Positions 56,008 through 64,000 of a stretch of 64,000 nt of DNA are shown one piece after another. Source of the stretch: a bacterium UBP16_UBA6123. Lineage in GTDB: Bacteria > Muiribacteriota > UBA9980. The translations under genes were made by a program, and so were the position numbers. Under the pieces are notes generated by a model. It was given only the letters and a program-made list of their open reading frames with translations. It did no database searches and was not told the origin of the DNA. Location of the stretch: positions 4,109 through 68,108 of the forward strand of contig DIVV01000225.1 of NCBI GenBank assembly GCA_002423385.1, read 5' to 3'. Numbering within the stretch: position 1 is the first letter of the stretch; the number at the start of each line of letters is the position of its first letter.

Positions 56008-56326
56008 GGGGGAAAAGAAAGGACCAATGGCCCTCTCTTTTCCCCCATGGCCCCCTATTCTCTCCCAAAATATTTTTTTTGGCGGCTGCCATTTGTCATG
56101 TTCTACCCGAAAACTCATTTCAAAGTTCATTTCATTCTTTTATTTTCTTTTTTTCCCTTTCCTCATCTATTCTCTTTTCTCTTTTCTATTTTCTTTTTTC
56201 TCTGTTATTCGTTGCCATATACTTTTTTCATGCCGTTTCTTAGTTTTGCCCTCGCGCACGACGTGCGCGAGAGCGTACTAATTGCGCGCCACCGGAACTT
56301 AAGGCCTCGGCTCACGGTAATGCCCC
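56008..56326 (+). repeat. GC-rich structured repeat, copy C (expanded CT tract)
   Basis: H1 at 56008-56046 has arms identical to copy A. Also shares TCTCCCAAAATATTTTT. The tract at 56131-56203 is over 90 percent pyrimidine. H2 CTCGCGCACG-A-CGTGCGCGAG lies at 56251-56271, CGCGCCACCGGAACTTAA is identical to copy A, and CGGCTCACGG lies at 56308-56317. Confidence 0.85.
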
Positions 56327-56404
56327 ATAGCACATCTATCTTTAATTGTATTTTTCGCATTGATTTTCAATTAGACAATAAAACTCGATTTGCGGCAATT
56401 TTTA

Positions 56405-56436
56405 CCGCGAGCCGTTATTGGACCGCAGGCGCATCA
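56405..56436 (-). repeat. truncated inverted arm of the same repeat family
   Basis: CCGCGAGCCG at 56405-56414 is complementary to 56308-56317. The following TTATTGGACCGCAGGCGCATCAC resembles the reverse complement of the inner end of copy A. Confidence 0.55.
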
Positions 56437-56489
56437 CTAACTTAAAGCCATATAAATAAATAATTATAATAATTCTTTATTATTAACAC

Positions 56490-56518
56490 TTGAAATATTA
56501 AATAAAATATGATAAAAT
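56490..56518 (+). promoter_or_regulatory. sigma70-like promoter (TTGAAA, 17-nt spacer, TAAAAT)
   Basis: TTGAAA at 56490-56495 and TAAAAT at 56513-56518, upstream of the CoADR fusion gene (RBS AAGGAGG). Confidence 0.5.
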
Positions 56519-56608
56519 GTACTTAATAGATATATCATTAATTAGTAAAATATATTATAGTATATAATAAATAACTAATATTTAAAAACATTTCAAGGAG
56601 GTTATATT

Positions 56609-59071
56609 ATGAAAATTATTATAGTCGGCGGCGTTGCCGGCGGCGCTTCCGCGGCTGCCAGACTTAGAAGACTCGATGAAAAATGTGAAATTACGATGTA
56701 CGAACGCGGGGAATATATATCTTTTGCCAACTGCGGCCTGCCTTATCATATAGGCGGCTCCATTGAAGACCGCGAGGCGCTTTTAGTGCAAACCCCCGAA
56801 AACATGGCGGCGCGGTTTAATTTCGCCGTTAAAACCTTCCACGAAGTGATATCCATCGATACTAAAAATAAAAAAGTCAAAGTTAAAAACTGGAAATCAA
56901 ACAATATATTTGAGGATAACTACGATTATTTAGTGCTTTCACCTGGCGCCGCGCCAATCAAACCGCCTATACCGGGTATCGAATCTGATAATATTTTCAC
57001 TTTAAGAACCATACCCGATATGGATAAAATACTTGCCGCTATGAAGGCCGGAGCAAAAAGCGCGGTAGTCGTCGGCGGCGGTTTCATAGGAGTGGAAGTC
57101 GCCGAAAACCTCATCGAGAAAGGATTTACCGTTTCACTCGTTGAAATGCAGGACCAGATTTTAACGTTTCTGGACCCGGATATGGCGGCTTTTGCCCATA
57201 ACGAAATGAAATCGCATAAACTTAAACTCTACCTTTCCGACAGAGTAACTGAATTTAAAAAGAGCGCGGGCGGCAAAGTCGCTCTGAGCCTTGCTGGCGG
57301 TAAAATTCTCGAAGCGGATATGGCGGTTCTTGCCATAGGAGTAATGCCCGAAGTAAAACTCGCTAAAGACGCCGGGCTTAAAATAGGTGAAACCGGAGCT
57401 ATAGCCGTCGATGAAACAATGCTTACATCCGATCCATCGATATACGCCGTAGGCGACGCCGTCGAAGTTACTCACTTTGTCACTAAAACTAAAATCAAAA
57501 TACCGCTCGCTGGCCCCGCGAACCGCCAGGCGCGCATCGCCGTCAATAATATCTGCGGAATAAAATCCGAATATAAAGATACTCAGGGAACTTCGATAGT
57601 CAAGGTTTTCGATCTTGCCTGCGGAGCCACCGGCGCGAGCGTGCCGCTTCTTAAAAAATTTAATATAGCCTTTAAAACCGTTACCATACACGCCGGAAGC
57701 CATGCAGGATACTACCCTTACGCATATATGGTGCACCTCAAACTTATATATTCCCCCGAAACCGGCAAAATTCTCGGCGCTCAGGCCTGCGGCTACGACG
57801 GCGTCGATAAACGCATCGACGTTATAGCCTCCGCCATACGCCACGGCGCTACCATCCACGATCTGAGCGATTACGAGCTTTCATACGCGCCGCCTTACGG
57901 CTCCGCAAAAGACCCCGTTAACATGGCCGGCTTCGTCGCCGAAAACAATACCCCTGATTTCGCTCCACTAATCAGCATATTCGATATAAAAGAATATATG
58001 GCTAACGGCGCTTACTTAATAGACGTCAGAAATACCGATGAAGTAATTTCCGGCTCGATTGAAAATTCCGTCAATATACCGCTTCATACTTTAAGAAGCC
58101 GGCTTATCGAAATACCTAAAGACAAATTAATTTTAATTTACTGCCGAGTCGGCCTGCGCGGCTACATAGCGCAGAGAATTCTGAAACAAAACGGATTCAA
58201 CGCTCTTAATATAAGCGGCGGCTGGGAAAGTTATAACACCTACTACAACCAGGGCGATTCCGAACATTTTATACCGGGCGGAAAAGAGGCCGACGACACA
58301 CAAACTAAATTGCAGCCGCATTCAAGCGAAGCGACAAGCGTTATAAAAGTTAACGCGTGCGGTCTCCAGTGCCCCGGGCCGCTTATGAAATTAAAAGAAG
58401 CCGTCGCAAAAGCTAAAGATAACGAAATAATCGAAATAGAAGCTACTGATCAGGGTTTTCACGCCGACGTCCAGGCTTTCGCGGGAGCGGCCAACTTAAA
58501 AGTCCTCGATTTAGAAAAAGGAAAATCCATTAAAGCCCGGCTTCTTAAATGTCCCGCCGGAAGCGTTCCTACAGGGCCTCACGGCGGCGGCGGACAAAAA
58601 TCAAATCACGCCACGCTCGTGGTGTTTTCAGATGATTTCGACAAGGCCGTGGCGGCGACTATTATAGCCAACGGCGCGCTGGCCATGGGAAAAAAGGTAT
58701 CGCTGTTTTTTACTTTCTGGGGACTTAATATACTTCGTAAAAATAAAAACGTGCCGGTAAAGAAAAACTTTATAGAAAAAATGTTCGGTTTTATGATGCC
58801 GCGCGGAACCAGTCAGCTCACTCTTTCTAAAATGAATATGATGGGCATGGGCACTAAGATGATAAAGGGCATAATGAAACAGCATAACGTCGAGCCTCTC
58901 GAAAAACTTCTTCAATCGGTAATAGATAACGGCGGAAAACTCGTCGCATGCCGCATGTCAATGGAATTAATGGGCATCAAAAAAGAAGAGATGATCGACG
59001 GCGTCGAAGACGGCGGAGTGGCCGCTTATCTTGCCGACGCAGAAAAAGGAAATATAAATTTATTTATATAA
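56609..59071 (+). CDS. CoA-disulfide reductase / NADH-oxidase-family flavoprotein fused to rhodanese, TusA(SirA)-like and DsrE/DsrF-like domains
   Basis: 820-aa ORF. FAD motif IVGGVAGGASAA, redox Cys SFANCGLPY, second Rossmann motif VVGGGFIG, rhodanese loop (YCRVGLRG), TusA-like CGLQCPGP, and a C-terminal DsrE-like region. Confidence 0.9.
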   Translation: MKIIIVGGVAGGASAAARLRRLDEKCEITMYERGEYISFANCGLPYHIGGSIEDREALLVQTPENMAARFNFAVKTFHEVISIDTKNKKVKVKNWKSNNIFEDNYDYLVLSPGAAPIKPPIPGIESDNIFTLRTIPDMDKILAAMKAGAKSAVVVGGGFIGVEVAENLIEKGFTVSLVEMQDQILTFLDPDMAAFAHNEMKSHKLKLYLSDRVTEFKKSAGGKVALSLAGGKILEADMAVLAIGVMPEVKLAKDAGLKIGETGAIAVDETMLTSDPSIYAVGDAVEVTHFVTKTKIKIPLAGPANRQARIAVNNICGIKSEYKDTQGTSIVKVFDLACGATGASVPLLKKFNIAFKTVTIHAGSHAGYYPYAYMVHLKLIYSPETGKILGAQACGYDGVDKRIDVIASAIRHGATIHDLSDYELSYAPPYGSAKDPVNMAGFVAENNTPDFAPLISIFDIKEYMANGAYLIDVRNTDEVISGSIENSVNIPLHTLRSRLIEIPKDKLILIYCRVGLRGYIAQRILKQNGFNALNISGGWESYNTYYNQGDSEHFIPGGKEADDTQTKLQPHSSEATSVIKVNACGLQCPGPLMKLKEAVAKAKDNEIIEIEATDQGFHADVQAFAGAANLKVLDLEKGKSIKARLLKCPAGSVPTGPHGGGGQKSNHATLVVFSDDFDKAVAATIIANGALAMGKKVSLFFTFWGLNILRKNKNVPVKKNFIEKMFGFMMPRGTSQLTLSKMNMMGMGTKMIKGIMKQHNVEPLEKLLQSVIDNGGKLVACRMSMELMGIKKEEMIDGVEDGGVAAYLADAEKGNINLFI

Positions 59072-59163
59072 AATTAAATAATAACCGTCTAAAATATTTT
59101 AAATTCGTCTAATTAAAAGTTTTTAAAATATTATTTTGAACGGTTATAAAATTAAAAAAGCGA

Positions 59164-59910
59164 TTAATTATCGAGCGTTAAGGTAATATTTTTTCCTTTT
59201 TTACCTTTACGCTCGATATCTATATTAAACAGGGGTTTAAATTTTTCGTCGGCTGAATCAAAAGAATATACTTTAAGATAGTTTAATATATTTTCTTTAT
59301 TTCTTTCGGCCGTATAAACTTTATTACCATATTTAATGAAAATAAGCATATCGCCGCCGCCTAATTTGCATTGAACAAGTTTATAACGCCCGTCACGGCC
59401 TTTCTTAAAAAAATAATTATCTTCTTCTAAAAGGCGGCCCTGAACGGAGTAAAATCTAATTTCATTTTCGCCGTCCGAGTCTATATCTACTAGCGAGGTA
59501 TAATAAACCATAAAACTCGATTCAAGCGTTTTATTTATCGTATCGTCAAAAGAATCGCTCAAGCTCGTAGTTTTCGGATCTATTCCGGCTTTGCGCAAAT
59601 ACGTCGTCTGGTTTAAAATAGTTTTACCTTCTTCCAGCATAATGTCTTTGTCGGTAACGTCTATTTCCGGATTATAGCAGGGCTTTTCAAGAATACGCTC
59701 TCTGTGATGTAATATTATTTTAATTAATTTTTCAGCAAGTCCGTATTCACAATGTTTATCAATATCGCTAACTTTAATTTTCGAATTTTTTCCTTTTTTA
59801 ACGAAATTAATCAGCCTATCTTCATTTTTAGCGTGTGACGGCGATATTGTATAATTAAAAGCCATTAAAAAGAAAAACAGTATCAATAAATATAGCAGGG
59901 CTTTTTTCAT
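59164..59910 (-). CDS. hypothetical secreted protein (signal peptide; DxDxDG calcium-binding-like motif)
   Basis: 248-aa ORF. N-terminus MKKALLYLLILFFFLMAFN...HA, with DIDSDGENE internally. Confidence 0.55.
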   Translation of the reverse strand: MKKALLYLLILFFFLMAFNYTISPSHAKNEDRLINFVKKGKNSKIKVSDIDKHCEYGLAEKLIKIILHHRERILEKPCYNPEIDVTDKDIMLEEGKTILNQTTYLRKAGIDPKTTSLSDSFDDTINKTLESSFMVYYTSLVDIDSDGENEIRFYSVQGRLLEEDNYFFKKGRDGRYKLVQCKLGGGDMLIFIKYGNKVYTAERNKENILNYLKVYSFDSADEKFKPLFNIDIERKGKKGKNITLTLDN

Positions 59911-59937
59911 AAAATCTCCTATTATTATATTATAATT

Positions 59938-60342
59938 TTAATATCGAGTGTATGAGTCCAATCGTCGCTCTAACGTGCCTGAATGTATTTCAAAAAGGTG
60001 ATTATCGTAGTCATAAAAATATATTGAATCAGCTTCGCCTTCAATTCTGCTTCTGCTTTCTTTAATTTCAACACCCGCCGCTTTGATTTTATTAACATAA
60101 TCGGCAAAAGTTTCAACATCGCTCTTAAATGCAACGTGATTATACGTACGTTCTTTAAGCGGTTCACCCTGCATTAAGGCTATCCATACTCCGTTTATCG
60201 TTAAAAATATTTCGGGCGATATGGAAAAAGTTTTCAAACCGCTAAAATATTTAATTTCAGCATCGAATATCGATACAAATAGTTTCGCGGTTTTTTCGAT
60301 ATCTTTGACTATCAATGTTATATGGCTTATTCCTGAAATCAT
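59938..60342 (-). CDS. VOC-superfamily fosfomycin-resistance-type protein (FosX/FosB-like)
   Basis: Start taken at ATG 60342 (MISGISHITLIV...), 9 nt after RBS AGGTG. The C-terminus LFEIHSGTLERRLDSY parallels FosB FEFHTGTLQNRLEYY. Confidence 0.75.
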   Translation of the reverse strand: MISGISHITLIVKDIEKTAKLFVSIFDAEIKYFSGLKTFSISPEIFLTINGVWIALMQGEPLKERTYNHVAFKSDVETFADYVNKIKAAGVEIKESRSRIEGEADSIYFYDYDNHLFEIHSGTLERRLDSYTRY

Positions 60343-60383
60343 ATTTTCACACACCTATTTTAAATTTAAACCAAATAAAAAAA

Positions 60384-61109
60384 CTACTTTTTTTTAACAT
60401 GCACTACGAGGTTTTCCCATGCTTTTATAAATTTATCTTTTTTATAAATTACTATTCTACCTTCGAGCGAATCGGCTAATTCGACCTGATTAGCATCAAC
60501 CGAAAGCACTGTTACCGTATGTAAAATATTATCGAGCACATAAATATTAGTTATAAAAGGCGTGCTAATATTTTGAAGGCTGTCATAATTTTCACGCGTA
60601 AGTTTTACTTCATATTTATCGGAATCTAATTTCAGCCTCAAACCGCGTACTATATTTATATATTCAGTTCCCGTAACCTGAGTCAGGCACAATTTCGACA
60701 TTTCAGTCTCGCCCGCTTTCACTCCCAGCTTATCGAGCATAAAAACACACGCTGCGGCAGAACATGTGTGGCCGCTCGATTGAAAACATACGCCGCGAAA
60801 AAACCCGGCCTCATCGAAGTTATTATCGGTATTAAATATGGTTATACGCCACAGATAGATAACGGCAAGAACCGCAAGAACAATAAACAACGACGCCGTT
60901 ATTTTACTATCGGTTTTTATTTTTTCATAACGTACGCCTATGGCTGAAAAAATAAAAGCCATCCCCCACCAGCGAAAATATATATAATCGTTAAAATTAA
61001 ATATTTTTATTTCAATTTCAGGGCGGCGATAAAGATAAATCTGAGCGAGCATCATTATAAACGTAACCGCTATAACCGAATACTGAACGCGCGGCCCCAT
61101 GCGGGCCAA
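60384..61109 (-). CDS. membrane protein with a C-terminal papain-like (peptidase C39-like) domain, tentative
   Basis: 241-aa ORF with a TTG start, several TM segments, then SSGHTCSAAACVFMLDKLG, a candidate catalytic Cys context. An in-frame hydrophobic extension upstream has no canonical start codon. Confidence 0.5.
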   Translation of the reverse strand: MARMGPRVQYSVIAVTFIMMLAQIYLYRRPEIEIKIFNFNDYIYFRWWGMAFIFSAIGVRYEKIKTDSKITASLFIVLAVLAVIYLWRITIFNTDNNFDEAGFFRGVCFQSSGHTCSAAACVFMLDKLGVKAGETEMSKLCLTQVTGTEYINIVRGLRLKLDSDKYEVKLTRENYDSLQNISTPFITNIYVLDNILHTVTVLSVDANQVELADSLEGRIVIYKKDKFIKAWENLVVHVKKK

Positions 61110-61249
61110 TTTTAAACCGGCCGCGAACAGCGCCGTTATAAATAATATATTAATTAAGATATAAAATAAAACTATAATTATTTCACCTGCGTTATAATTT
61201 TATCGACTACTTTCACCACTCCGCCCGTTACAAATGAATTATTAAAAAT

Positions 61250-61288
61250 AAACAGACAGACCATTTCCAGCCTGCCTGTTTATTTTTA
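61250..61288. terminator. hairpin terminator downstream of the HAMP gene
   Basis: AAACAGACAG / CTGCCTGTTT (one mismatch) with a 12-nt loop, flanked by T/A runs on both sides. Confidence 0.5.
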
Positions 61289-61347
61289 TAATGTTAGGTT
61301 ATATCATTAAATTTTTAAAATAATCTTTTTCATTTATTAAATGAAAA

Positions 61348-62094
61348 TTAAGCCTTTTCTTCTTCATCGGCTTCCCGGTCGTCATCTTCAAAATCGTTTC
61401 CCGCGCCGGTGTTATTACCCGATACTATAAACGCCGATGATATCTTGTTCAATTCGTCGGCTATATATTGAAGTTCGTTTATTATCTCGCCTTTACGGCC
61501 TTCGGCTATAGTTTTCATCTTAAAATCCTGCTTGATCTTTTCGATTATTATATTCAGGTTTTGCAGCATTTTCTGGTCTTCACCTATTATTTTATCCAGA
61601 CTTTCCGTCATGGTATTAAACGCATCGGCAAGATCCTGAAGTTCATCACCCTGCCTTAATTTAATGCGCCGCGAGAAATCGCCCGAGGCTATGGTTTTAA
61701 CCGATTCTTCCAGCCTGTAAACCGGCCCGGCTATCTTGTGAGAAACAAAGACCGATAGAAAACATATAATTATAGCTATAAACACCATTCGCGCCAGAAG
61801 CACCTGATTGCCCTGTTTAAAAACCTCGACTAATTCGTCGTATTTTTTGGTCGGGTCGGAAATATCCTTCCATATTGAAAAATAAACCGTCCAGCCGACG
61901 ATCATGGCAACTAAAAGCATGGCAACAAATATTACGCCCATGTAACGGAATTGGAGGCCGCGCTTTATTAAAAAAATTCTTCTTTTAAATTTAGCGCCGC
62001 CTTCGAACTTATTGTCTTCGTTTTCGTTAGAAACCGCTTCGACTACCTTTTCATTTTCATTTTCGCTAGCCTGCATTTCTTTATTCTCCGACAT
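61348..62094 (-). CDS. HAMP domain membrane protein without a recognisable output domain
   Basis: 248-aa ORF with RBS AGAGGTG. Two TM segments, a HAMP domain (AGPVYRLEESVKTIASGDFSRRIKLRQGDELQDLADAFNTMTESL) and an acidic tail. Confidence 0.8.
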   Translation of the reverse strand: MSENKEMQASENENEKVVEAVSNENEDNKFEGGAKFKRRIFLIKRGLQFRYMGVIFVAMLLVAMIVGWTVYFSIWKDISDPTKKYDELVEVFKQGNQVLLARMVFIAIIICFLSVFVSHKIAGPVYRLEESVKTIASGDFSRRIKLRQGDELQDLADAFNTMTESLDKIIGEDQKMLQNLNIIIEKIKQDFKMKTIAEGRKGEIINELQYIADELNKISSAFIVSGNNTGAGNDFEDDDREADEEEKA

Positions 62095-62170
62095 AATTCA
62101 CCTCTTATTTATATCTTTAATATTTTTGACTTAATTAAACCGGGACGATTAACCGGGATGATGATTATTA

Positions 62171-62200
62171 ATACTACCTTAAACGACATGGCTTTGTCAA
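62171..62200 (-). promoter_or_regulatory. sigma70-like promoter (TTGACA, 18-nt spacer, TAGTAT) for the HAMP gene
   Basis: The reverse complement of 62195-62200 is TTGACA and of 62171-62176 is TAGTAT. Confidence 0.4.
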
Positions 62201-62268
62201 TAACTATAATTAAAAGATCGCTTATCCGCAGATATAATCCCGGCTCAAACACGAACTCGCTTATTATT

Positions 62269-62688
62269 TTATTGCTTTACCGCGTCTTCGAGCTCTGGAG
62301 TATGAAACGTGCAGTAAACCTCGTCATGTGAGTTCAACTTAAAATTACCGTCACACCAGCATTTAGGATAATACCGCAGATACTTCGAATCGACTAATTT
62401 TTTAAGATTAATATTTTTTTTAACATGACTGACGGCGCTCGATGAATAATCGGCTTTATACTCCGATATAGCCGTTGAAATTGACTGGCGCGCGGAGCGG
62501 CATGAAATGAAGGCTACGTTATCTTCGATGGTAAAATATTGGAGGCTCGCTACGTAAATAAAACCAGCCACGAAAAGCATTACCGCCGTGATTTCATACC
62601 AGCTATAACCGCTCTGAGACGGTGTAACGCTCGATACGTATTTAGTAGTTTTAGGTGTATAAGTTCTTTTAGCGTATTTTGTATCCAT
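62269..62688 (-). CDS. hypothetical membrane-anchored protein, pilin-like C-terminal Cys/His motif
   Basis: 139-aa ORF with a single TM segment (ITAVMLFVAGFIYVASL). The C-terminus YYPKCWCDGNFKLNSHDEVYCTFH resembles pseudopilin-like CPxGG...C..H tails. No prepilin cleavage motif. Confidence 0.45.
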   Translation of the reverse strand: MDTKYAKRTYTPKTTKYVSSVTPSQSGYSWYEITAVMLFVAGFIYVASLQYFTIEDNVAFISCRSARQSISTAISEYKADYSSSAVSHVKKNINLKKLVDSKYLRYYPKCWCDGNFKLNSHDEVYCTFHTPELEDAVKQ

Positions 62689-62698
62689 AAATTATATT

Positions 62699-63646
62699 CT
62701 ATATGTTTTTAATGAAAATGTCAAATTCATCCGGAACACCCGTATTAAATTTCATTATCTTCGATGACCCCGGATGAGTAAACTCTATTTCGGCGGCATG
62801 AAGCCAGAGCCTGTCAGAAAAATTTTTTTTGCGCGAAAGCATTTTATATATATCGGAGGGCGTATATAAAATATCGCCCGCTACCGGAAATCCTATATGC
62901 GATAAATGCACCCTTATCTGATGAGTGCGCCCGGTACGGGGCATAGCCTTTAAAAGGCTGAACCCGTTTTTAGCGCAAATTAACTCAAAACCCGTATAAG
63001 AAGCGCGGGCTTTATGAGTGCCATTTATAATCACCGCCATTTTTTTACGGTCGGTTTCACTCCTGCCTATAGCTAAATCAACCGCAAATTTAGCCCGCTT
63101 AACCTCGCCGCTGACTATCGCATAATAAGTTTTTTTAATGGTACGCGCTTTAAATTGATCGGAAAGGCTTTTATGGCAAAGATCGTTTTTAGCTATTATT
63201 ATAACGCCCGAAGTATCTTTATCGAGCCGGTGGACTATTCCGGGTCTTATAACGCCGCCTATAGACGAAAGATCGCCGCAATGCCCCATAACCGCGTTCA
63301 CAAGAGTCGCGCTCGAATGTCCGGCCGCCGGATGAACAACCATGCCGCTTTTTTTATTTATTACGATCAGATCACTGTCTTCATAAATAATATTCAGATC
63401 TATTTTTTCGGCTTTGACATCTAAAACTTCGGCTTCAGGTACATATACAGTGATTACCTCGGTTTCTTTAACCAGATAGGACGCTTTATTTAATTTAGCC
63501 GATACGCTCGAAACTACATTGCCGCCATTTATCAGCTTAACCGCAAGACAGCGCGAAACCTGCGGTATTTTATCGCTTATAATCTTATCGAGCCGCAAAT
63601 TTTTATCGGCGTCTGAAACCGTTATTTTAAATTCGGAAGCCGGCAT
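62699..63646 (-). CDS. rluD: 23S rRNA pseudouridine synthase, RluA family (RluD-like)
   Basis: 315-aa ORF with an N-terminal S4 domain, the catalytic motif HRLDKDTSGV and GRTHQIRVH. Confidence 0.92.
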   Translation of the reverse strand: MPASEFKITVSDADKNLRLDKIISDKIPQVSRCLAVKLINGGNVVSSVSAKLNKASYLVKETEVITVYVPEAEVLDVKAEKIDLNIIYEDSDLIVINKKSGMVVHPAAGHSSATLVNAVMGHCGDLSSIGGVIRPGIVHRLDKDTSGVIIIAKNDLCHKSLSDQFKARTIKKTYYAIVSGEVKRAKFAVDLAIGRSETDRKKMAVIINGTHKARASYTGFELICAKNGFSLLKAMPRTGRTHQIRVHLSHIGFPVAGDILYTPSDIYKMLSRKKNFSDRLWLHAAEIEFTHPGSSKIMKFNTGVPDEFDIFIKNI

Positions 63647-64000
63647 TAATTACTCACTTTTTTAGATTTATTATTTTTTTTTATGATATATATCAAAACC
63701 AGAGTAGCAAAAATCCATCCGCCAGCGCTGACATTCTGAGAAGGCGAAAGCCCGAATATAAACGCGCCGCGGTCGTCGTCCCTTAAAAATTCAATAGCGA
63801 AACGCCAGGTTGAATACATATAAATATATAACACGAACAATATGCCATCAGCTTTTTTGAATAATTTTTCAACGGCCAGTAAAACGAATAAACTTACAAG
63901 ACAGAACGCCGCTTCGTATAATTGAGTAGGATGACGCAAAGCCGCTTCTTTTAAATTTGGAAAATTTATTCCGAATGACGATGTGGTAACCGCGCCATAG
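63646..64000 (-). CDS. lgt: prolipoprotein diacylglyceryl transferase (3-prime part; the gene continues beyond the window)
   Basis: The frame stays open to the window edge (..YGAVTTSSFGINFPNLKEAALRHPTQLYEA..). RHPTQLYE is the Lgt signature. Confidence 0.85.
   Translation of the reverse strand, partial: YGAVTTSSFGINFPNLKEAALRHPTQLYEAAFCLVSLFVLLAVEKLFKKADGILFVLYIYMYSTWRFAIEFLRDDDRGAFIFGLSPSQNVSAGGWIFATLVLIYIIKKNNKSKKVSN

Noticed and set aside
57161-57859. 232-aa antisense ORF inside the CoADR fusion gene (and similar antisense ORFs inside uvrA, the RND pumps, the mutase and the AAA+ gene)
   Set aside because: The sense frames carry unmistakable family motifs. The antisense ORFs have no RBS and a Gly/Ala/Ser/Phe-skewed composition typical of shadow ORFs.
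59072-59163. ATAACCGT...ACGGTTAT inverted repeat between convergent genes
   Set aside because: The arms are only 8 bp and the loop is about 55 nt. It is not convincing as a terminator or a regulatory hairpin.

Overview
AT-rich bacterial chromosomal window, probably from an uncultivated or candidate-phylum anaerobe. I saw no rRNA, tRNA, CRISPR array, transposase or phage genes. About 49 densely packed protein-coding genes lie mostly on the + strand (251-28935 and 34207-59071), with two minus-strand blocks (29363-33211 and 59164-64000). In order: an oxidative pentose-phosphate operon (gnd-zwf-pgl), uvrA, a divergent radA-like gene and HU. Next come a PtsN-like EIIA + CBS + permease trio, a TPR protein and a Lys-rich HTH repeat protein. 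Two RND efflux systems follow (adaptor+pump, then pump+adaptor), separated by a DUF3592-like protein and a 631-aa ankyrin-repeat protein with an N-terminal hydrophobic segment. Then an M50 protease, a cyclophilin and a response-regulator-PP2C + STAS partner-switching pair. After these come a 1282-aa protein of 11 tandem Ig-like (SbsA/Big_5-type) domains and a five-gene cluster of uncharacterised envelope and AAA+ proteins. A UbiA / PEP-utilising-type phosphotransferase / MMPL exporter / BtaA-like cluster is a candidate lipid pathway. An acyl-CoA fermentation operon holds an acyl-CoA dehydrogenase, two catalytically degenerate LeuDH-like proteins flanking butyrate kinase, and a split B12-dependent acyl-CoA mutase with MeaB and an adenosyltransferase. 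The window ends with a CoADR-rhodanese-TusA-DsrE fusion, a FosX-like gene, a HAMP protein, rluD and a partial lgt. The most notable non-genic signal is a family of GC-rich, hairpin-bearing repeats of about 250-320 bp. There are three full copies and one fragment (33352-33969 and 56008-56436), arranged as inverted pairs, and compensatory changes preserve two hairpins. All family assignments come from motif recognition by eye; no database search or folding computation was possible.
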